64,000 bases of DNA. Source: a candidate division FCPU426 bacterium (lineage in GTDB: Bacteria > Oederibacteriota > Muellerivitia > Muellerivitales > Muellerivitaceae). The position numbers were made by a program, and so were the translations under genes. The first letter of the stretch is position 1. Every line of letters starts with the position of its first letter. The notes under the pieces are model-generated. The model saw nothing but the letters and a program-made list of their open reading frames with translations. It was not told where the DNA came from and did no database searches. The DNA lies in the NCBI GenBank assembly GCA_963830915.1, contig CAWHOE010000035.1, positions 32,001-96,000 of the forward strand, in the 5' to 3' direction. This document shows, one piece after another, positions 58,153 to 64,000 of this stretch.

Positions 58153-60534
58153 TTAGTCTTCAATGATTGTAGGCGTTATGAAAATAACGAGTTCTACTTT
58201 AGTATTTTGTTTATCATGTTCCTGAAAAAGAGTGCCAATTATTGGAATGCTTGATAATAACGGTATTCCATTGATTGTGTCTTGTAGCAGTTCTCTCATT
58301 AAACCCCCGATTACAATCGTTTCGCCATTTTTTGTGGTCAATGTGGTTGTAGCAGTTTCAACAGATGTAGGAGGAGGGCCCGTTCCTTGAGCTGCTCCAG
58401 TCTGAGAAGTAACATTCGCATTTATAATAGTTGTGATTCTTCCATCATCATTAATACGTGGCGTTACTTTCAAATCAATTGGCAATGCCAAAGTACTATA
58501 AGTTGTTTGATTTGTTATTACCCCCCCCGGGGTAATTGTTTGAGTGGAGTTTTGATAAATGATATTTTCTACTACATTAATTTCTGCGGCAATACCACTC
58601 GCCGTAGCTATTCTCGGTCTTGAAACAATTTTTCCCTTCTTATGAGTTTCTAATGCTTGGATTGTCCCAGAAATATTTAAACCGCTTCGGAGGGTTCCAA
58701 AGGTGAAAGCTCCTGGATTATTTCCACTTTGAGGCGGTTGGTTAAGGGACCCATTGATAGTTGGATCGCCTATTGTTCTGCTAACGTTCCAATTAACCCC
58801 CATATCCAAATCATTCTCTGTATCCAGTTCGAAGATATTGGACTCAATTAGAACTTGAGGTGATTTAACATCCACTTCTTTTATTAGCTCAAGCAGAACC
58901 CCCATATTACTGGCGACTTCCCAAATAATAAGATTATTTGTCCTTGGATCCGATTGGACCTTTCCAACCGGTGTTAAATAAGGGGTCATTATTGCAATCA
59001 TTTGTGCAGGATCTGCATAATTCAATTTAACAATTCGCGTAATTCTATCACTATTCGTACTTTCATCTAGTTTCAAATCTTTAATCGTGTTTTTATAATC
59101 TTCAATATCAGCAGCAGTTCCATTCAGGATCAATACATTTCGAACAGGATCAACTGTGGATGTGACAGCATTTGTAGCTTTTAATATAGATCGAACAAGA
59201 GTATCGAATTGAGCCGGAGTCATTCCCCCCGAAGGACTAAGAAGTTCTGTAACATGGGGCATTATTGCTTTTGTTGATCTTATAACTGCTTGTGGACCTA
59301 TGCGGATAGTATTTCCTTGTAATTCATAATCATAGCCTCCAGGAGACAACAAAACCGCCAAAACAGTCTTAAAAGGGACTGATTTAAACTTTTCATTTAT
59401 AGTTCCCGTTAAATTCCCACTTACTAAATCAATATCAAAACCTGCTTCACTCGCCAAAGTTTTAATAACTGCATTTATATCTGCGCTTTCTATATCCATA
59501 GTAACCAATTGATTAATGTTTCCTCTTTTTTCTATTAGCTTTTCTATTCTTTGAGGGGCTGTCAAAGTAACTACTATTTGATTCAAATCACGATCAATTT
59601 GATTAGTGGTTCCAGGTGCTAATGTTAATATAGCCTCGGAAATAGGTGAAAACACCGGCCCTATTTGTCGCATTTCCATTAATATGAGTCCACCTTTTTG
59701 CAATTCCATGTCATCATTCTGATATTTTTTAGTTTTTTCATTAATATTTAATTTTGTATCATGAAACCTAATAACTAATTTTTCAGGTTGAGCCAATTTA
59801 CGGACAGTATATTTTACAGATCCATCCAAAGTAAAAATTAATTGAACAGCTTTTTCAAGGGGTTTAATCGAAGTATCGATAAGACGAGAAATACTTTTTT
59901 TGTCACTTAAAGATTTAACGTTATCAGAAGCGTTAGCTAATTCGTTATTATTATTTATCGGTTTCTCTTTTATTGCTGCGTTTATATCCTCATTGTGAAC
60001 ATTGAATACAATTGAAAAACCTTCCGCTATTTTTGTAACACTATACCCAGGCGAGTTATTAACATCCAAAACAACCCAAGCTGTTGTTCCATGTATCGAA
60101 GAACGTATGGATTTTACAATTCCACCGTTTCCCGAAATCTGTTTTGGTATTTTCAAATCGGTTTTAATAAATTTTAAAAGCAATTTAGACGATCCGGTTT
60201 TTTCTACTAATGGTTTAGGTAGATTCAACCCGACAATTTCTACAGAATTATTTTTTTCATCCGCTTTAATGAAAATATTTTCTACATATGTTGTTGAATT
60301 ATTTATTACTGAACCAATTTTCCTCCCTTGATTATTCTCATCTTGACTACCTATGCTAGTCTTTTGGGGAATTATTTGCGTTTTGTTCAACTGGGGCGTC
60401 TTCGAACTCGATTGGGTATTATTTCCCAGATCGATTTCAATTGCGTCCTCAGCAAAAAGATGAACTGGTTTAAATAAAAATACTACTGTTAAGAAAAAAA
60501 TAAGGTTATTTTTCTTGGAATAAAGCCTTTGCAT
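58153..60534 (-). CDS. pilQ: type IV pilus secretin
   Basis: Signal peptide, AMIN-like repeats, LNYADP, DPRTNNL, PQVLIE, LKVTPRI, GETIVIGGL, IPLLSSIPIIGTLF, ELVIFITP. Confidence 0.93.
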   Translation of the reverse strand: MQRLYSKKNNLIFFLTVVFLFKPVHLFAEDAIEIDLGNNTQSSSKTPQLNKTQIIPQKTSIGSQDENNQGRKIGSVINNSTTYVENIFIKADEKNNSVEIVGLNLPKPLVEKTGSSKLLLKFIKTDLKIPKQISGNGGIVKSIRSSIHGTTAWVVLDVNNSPGYSVTKIAEGFSIVFNVHNEDINAAIKEKPINNNNELANASDNVKSLSDKKSISRLIDTSIKPLEKAVQLIFTLDGSVKYTVRKLAQPEKLVIRFHDTKLNINEKTKKYQNDDMELQKGGLILMEMRQIGPVFSPISEAILTLAPGTTNQIDRDLNQIVVTLTAPQRIEKLIEKRGNINQLVTMDIESADINAVIKTLASEAGFDIDLVSGNLTGTINEKFKSVPFKTVLAVLLSPGGYDYELQGNTIRIGPQAVIRSTKAIMPHVTELLSPSGGMTPAQFDTLVRSILKATNAVTSTVDPVRNVLILNGTAADIEDYKNTIKDLKLDESTNSDRITRIVKLNYADPAQMIAIMTPYLTPVGKVQSDPRTNNLIIWEVASNMGVLLELIKEVDVKSPQVLIESNIFELDTENDLDMGVNWNVSRTIGDPTINGSLNQPPQSGNNPGAFTFGTLRSGLNISGTIQALETHKKGKIVSRPRIATASGIAAEINVVENIIYQNSTQTITPGGVITNQTTYSTLALPIDLKVTPRINDDGRITTIINANVTSQTGAAQGTGPPPTSVETATTTLTTKNGETIVIGGLMRELLQDTINGIPLLSSIPIIGTLFQEHDKQNTKVELVIFITPTIIED

Positions 60535-60547
60535 CTGTAAAACTCCT

Positions 60548-60976
60548 TTATTGCCTCGGATAAACAACCCGTTGATCACCTTGGATCAAAACAACTTGCG
60601 TATTATTAATGTCACCCACAATCCCATCGATTGCTTTTTCTCCGCCACTAAATAATTTTCTGCCTTTTAATGTATATCTAATTGTCGGATTACCTTTCCA
60701 AGTAAACAAAGCCATTATTTTATCGCCTAATAATATCACGCCATGATAATCCAATTCCGCAATTAATATTTGAGGAGAACGATCTATATTGTCTAATGGT
60801 TTAAAAGGATCCCTCCCATGATATGTGGGTATATAAGGCGGTTGGATGGAGAAATTCATGAAAACTGGTTCCGGAACATCTTGTTGTTGTGAAAATACCA
60901 CTTCTTTGTTTAAAAAAAAGGTCATTATTAAAAAAAGTAAAATCGACAAAAATTCTTTTCTATTAATTTTTTTCAT
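60548..60976 (-). CDS. PilP-like pilus assembly protein
   Basis: GRDPFKP motif; lies between pilO and pilQ; no clear lipobox Cys. Confidence 0.65.
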   Translation of the reverse strand: MKKINRKEFLSILLFLIMTFFLNKEVVFSQQQDVPEPVFMNFSIQPPYIPTYHGRDPFKPLDNIDRSPQILIAELDYHGVILLGDKIMALFTWKGNPTIRYTLKGRKLFSGGEKAIDGIVGDINNTQVVLIQGDQRVVYPRQ

Positions 60977-61521
60977 TTTGCTTGTATCCCACATAATGTC
61001 ATTTGCGCAGTCAGAGTAACATTCGGATGTGCAACATCAACTAATGGCACGACGGTTATATCTCTCACCGTAATGAATAAGCTCGAAAGACTCACTTGAT
61101 ACAGAAAATCTAACAACCCTCTAAAATCAGTGTTGAATTTAATTACTGTGGGTATTTCAATCCAAGCATCCTTCGCCACTGTAATATTACCAAGTTGAAA
61201 ATTGGTTAGATAAACTCCAGATTTATTCTGCAATAAATTTATTGTTTCTAACAACTTCGTTCTTTCAATCGATTTTGGTACTCGATTTTGAATCCATTCC
61301 AATTCTCTTTGTACTGAATCCGCCCGTTTTTTGAACTCAACATACTTAGCAACTATTATTTTTGCTTCTTCTAAATCTTTTTGTTTTTGTTCTAACGTGC
61401 TACGCAAATTTCCTATTTCTAAATTAATAGGTTTTAATAAAAATTGGTAATAAAGGAAAGAAATTCCTGAAAATACTGCAACTCCTAAAATCAAATATTG
61501 CTGGAAAGGTGTAATTTTCAT
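60973..61521 (-). CDS. pilO: type IV pilus assembly protein PilO
   Basis: TM, coiled coil, VP, EIP..I, FL; synteny. Confidence 0.85.
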   Translation of the reverse strand: MKITPFQQYLILGVAVFSGISFLYYQFLLKPINLEIGNLRSTLEQKQKDLEEAKIIVAKYVEFKKRADSVQRELEWIQNRVPKSIERTKLLETINLLQNKSGVYLTNFQLGNITVAKDAWIEIPTVIKFNTDFRGLLDFLYQVSLSSLFITVRDITVVPLVDVAHPNVTLTAQMTLCGIQAK

Positions 61522-62078
61522 GAACTAACATCCGTTATTTTTGCGCTAATTGTAAATTGATTAATTTGCCGATTATTTGCAACAGATGCGGATATGTTAT
61601 TAATGGTAACTGTCGCTTCTTTTAAAATACCACCCGGCTTTTGAATTGCGTTGAAATAATTTTGAAGATTTGTTTCTGTAAAAGCGTATCCTTGGATCGT
61701 AAACAAATTGCCGTCTTTCCCTTGCGTAATACTAGTTATCCAGACCCCATCTGGTAAATTCAACGCAAATTGATCGATAGCAATAATGGCCTTTCGTTGT
61801 GCATCAGAAATACCTTTAACAGTCTTTTTAAACGATTCCAAACTTGCTTCTTTACTTTCAAGATCTTTCTCTTCATTTATTTTCTCTTGATAACCCTTGG
61901 ATTCCTCATCAACTTGTGCGATTTCCTTATTCAAAGAATTTTTTACACCCAACCTCAAACCATAAACCCATGCCATACCTAAAGAAATTAAAACCACAAC
62001 TGAAACAATACATAAAATAATAAAAAACTCTTTCCTTTTTTTCTTTTCTTTAACAGGGATTAAATTTACTTTAATCAT
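61518..62078 (-). CDS. pilN: type IV pilus assembly protein PilN
   Basis: MIKVNLIP motif, TM, coiled coil, LPDGVWIT. Confidence 0.9.
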   Translation of the reverse strand: MIKVNLIPVKEKKKRKEFFIILCIVSVVVLISLGMAWVYGLRLGVKNSLNKEIAQVDEESKGYQEKINEEKDLESKEASLESFKKTVKGISDAQRKAIIAIDQFALNLPDGVWITSITQGKDGNLFTIQGYAFTETNLQNYFNAIQKPGGILKEATVTINNISASVANNRQINQFTISAKITDVSS

Positions 62079-63179
62079 TTAAGACTCCGCCTGTCGAATA
62101 GCCAATCCTAGGCAAACTCCCATATGAAACTCTTTTTCAGCCAACTGTTCGGGGTCAATGTTCTTTCCCACTTCGATATTTCGAAAAGAAGCAAAATGCT
62201 CTACGGGTATCCCTAATTTACTCGCTAAAAATCTGTTAACATTCTTTAGCTTTGCACTCCCACCAAGAAGAACAACTCGCTCCACTGTTTTCTTCCTCGA
62301 TTGCGTTTCATAATAATCAAAAGAACGCCGTATCTCGCCAAGTAGTTTATTTAATACAGGGGTCATAACATCCGACATTCTCAAAACACGATCATCTTTT
62401 TGGGAAACGGTGGTTAAACTGAAATCATCTTCTTCCATTGAAATCACACCATGTGATTTTTTTAATTCCTCTGCTTCAATAAAACTTATATTAAACTCCT
62501 TCTGAATTTCCTTGGTAAAATCATTTCCCGCCACAGGAATATCACGCGTGAATCTAGTGTTGTTCCCCTCTAAGATATTAATTGTTGTTAAAGAAGCCCC
62601 CAAGTTAATCAATGCGACAGTTTCTTCACCTTGTTCCAATCGATTCACTTCATATGCGTTTTCCAAGGCAAAAGCATCAACATCGATGACCACCGGAGAA
62701 AGACCTGACGATTTCAAGAGAAGAAGATGTTGATCAACAACATCAACCTTAGCAGCCACCAACAATACATCTAATTTTTTTTGCCCATCTTCTTCAGTCT
62801 CCCCAAGAATCTGGAAATCAAGAACAACCTGATCCAAATTCAAAGGAATGTATTGCTCGGCCTCACGAGGAATCGCCGCGCGCAATTCATCCGTTGTCAT
62901 GAACGGCAGTTTCACATATCGAATGATTACCGAATCCCCCGACAAGGAAGTTACAACTTTTTTTGTTTTAATTCCGCTTTCTTTAAACAATTTTTTAATC
63001 GTTTCGTGAAGAACATTTTTTACAACATCAGGCGTTTTGTTTTCTTGCCCATCCTTTGGGATTGGGGCCAAACCCATAGCAACCAAGTGCCATTGATCTG
63101 CGTTTCGTTTTAGTTGCACTACCTTAATACATGAAGTGCCGATATCTAAACCAACAATCGTGTTAGAAAAAAGACTCAT
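62079..63179 (-). CDS. pilM: type IV pilus assembly protein PilM
   Basis: VGLDIGTSCIK, EAEQYIP, DVDAFAL, EIRRSFDYY, GLAIR. Confidence 0.95.
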   Translation of the reverse strand: MSLFSNTIVGLDIGTSCIKVVQLKRNADQWHLVAMGLAPIPKDGQENKTPDVVKNVLHETIKKLFKESGIKTKKVVTSLSGDSVIIRYVKLPFMTTDELRAAIPREAEQYIPLNLDQVVLDFQILGETEEDGQKKLDVLLVAAKVDVVDQHLLLLKSSGLSPVVIDVDAFALENAYEVNRLEQGEETVALINLGASLTTINILEGNNTRFTRDIPVAGNDFTKEIQKEFNISFIEAEELKKSHGVISMEEDDFSLTTVSQKDDRVLRMSDVMTPVLNKLLGEIRRSFDYYETQSRKKTVERVVLLGGSAKLKNVNRFLASKLGIPVEHFASFRNIEVGKNIDPEQLAEKEFHMGVCLGLAIRQAES

Positions 63180-63952
63180 GGATTTAACCTTGTGATAACA
63201 TTAATTTGCTCAGGGAAAAACCACACAATTAATGAACCTAATGAAAGAAATGGACCAAATGGGATTAATGAATTTCGGGTAATTTTACCGGAATAAAGCC
63301 AAGGCAAAGCAAAAATAGCACCAAAGCCAAAAGCCATTAATAAAGCAAAAAACACCTTGAATAAACCTAGCCAAGACGCAATCCCCGCAATCATTTTGAC
63401 ATCGCCGCCTCCAAGACCGTAAGGAAAAAATTGGTTTAAAACAAAGATTACTGAACCAATCATCAAAATATTTGTAGCGCTATTAAAAAGCCCTGCGGTT
63501 TGAACCTGACCATTGGTAACGAAAAAAGAAAAAGCAAGACCAAAAAGAATAAATAAATTATTAAAAACATGGGGTAAAAGACGCCACTTCAAGTCTGAAA
63601 TTGTAAAAAGCATTAAAAAAGAAACAAAGAAAAAACTTTTAACTAAAATATAATCAAAAGAACCGTCCCGGTTCAATGAACAGGCAAAGAAAAGGATAGA
63701 AGTTCCGGCTTCGACCAAAGGGTATTGGAGAGAGATATGCTTTTTGCAATTCCTACACTTGCCCCGAAGAATAAAATAACTGATTATCGGAATGTTATCG
63801 AACCAAAGAATGTTTTTTTTACAACTAGGACAAAAAGATGGGGGACTAAGTATTTGACCGCCATTTTTCCATCTTATTAAACAAACATTTAAAAAACTCC
63901 CAACGCAAGCTCCGATAAGAAGTGAATAAAAAGGCGTGATTAGAACTTCGAT
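63176..63952 (-). CDS. pilD: prepilin peptidase
   Basis: Frame extends beyond the tracked start: GSFLNV, SFCPSC, DNIPIISY, GKCRNC; also SDL, GGGDVK, IPFGPFL. No in-frame ATG/GTG/TTG upstream; ATC 63952 follows SD GAGGTG. Confidence 0.9.
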   Translation of the reverse strand: MEVLITPFYSLLIGACVGSFLNVCLIRWKNGGQILSPPSFCPSCKKNILWFDNIPIISYFILRGKCRNCKKHISLQYPLVEAGTSILFFACSLNRDGSFDYILVKSFFFVSFLMLFTISDLKWRLLPHVFNNLFILFGLAFSFFVTNGQVQTAGLFNSATNILMIGSVIFVLNQFFPYGLGGGDVKMIAGIASWLGLFKVFFALLMAFGFGAIFALPWLYSGKITRNSLIPFGPFLSLGSLIVWFFPEQINVITRLNP

Positions 63953-64000
63953 GAGATCACCTCAAGCCATCGTAATAAAACAATGGGCGGCAAAATTTTT

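Overview
This is a core-genome segment of a diderm bacterium (it has a PilQ secretin and a beta-barrel outer-membrane protein); the gene orders are unfamiliar, so a poorly characterised lineage is inferred but not determined. About 55 CDS and 3 tRNAs are present, and all but folB-folK lie on the minus strand. In transcription order (right to left): pilD-pilMNOPQ-aroC-aroK; TPR/roadblock fusion plus roadblock, membrane protein, ftsB-like; tRNA-Leu/tRNA-fMet; yciH; folate genes (pteridine reductase-like SDR, folB-folK fusion, metF); YfhO-like; cNMP-binding protein; tRNA-Met-tilS-ftsH-folE-folP-cdaA-cdaR-pdxJ; alaS-yqgF-mltG; ftsEX-envC-ctpA-yibQ-tsaD; dusB-PAP2-rsmI-M50-like-PIN/PhoH; pdxA-rsmA-glmS; a putative major OMP; yajC; an HTH-receiver regulator; folD-coaE; two GAF-GGDEF proteins; rho-LysM/M23-rpmE-prfA-prmC-rpoB-rpoC (partial). 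No CRISPR, prophage, transposase or defence island was seen. The most notable signals are: (1) the OMP's ~265-nt leader with two tandem covarying RNA hairpins and a C8 tract in its promoter spacer; (2) an FtsE that has lost its catalytic residues; (3) a TPR-roadblock/roadblock pair beside the type IV pilus genes; (4) a tandem GAF-GGDEF pair; (5) a strong GC gradient across housekeeping genes; (6) several short intergenic repeat families, including a MITE and a palindromic tandem array; (7) rpoBC detached from rplKAJL; (8) non-canonical starts and two probable single-base frameshifts. All family calls come from motif recognition by eye, with no database searches.
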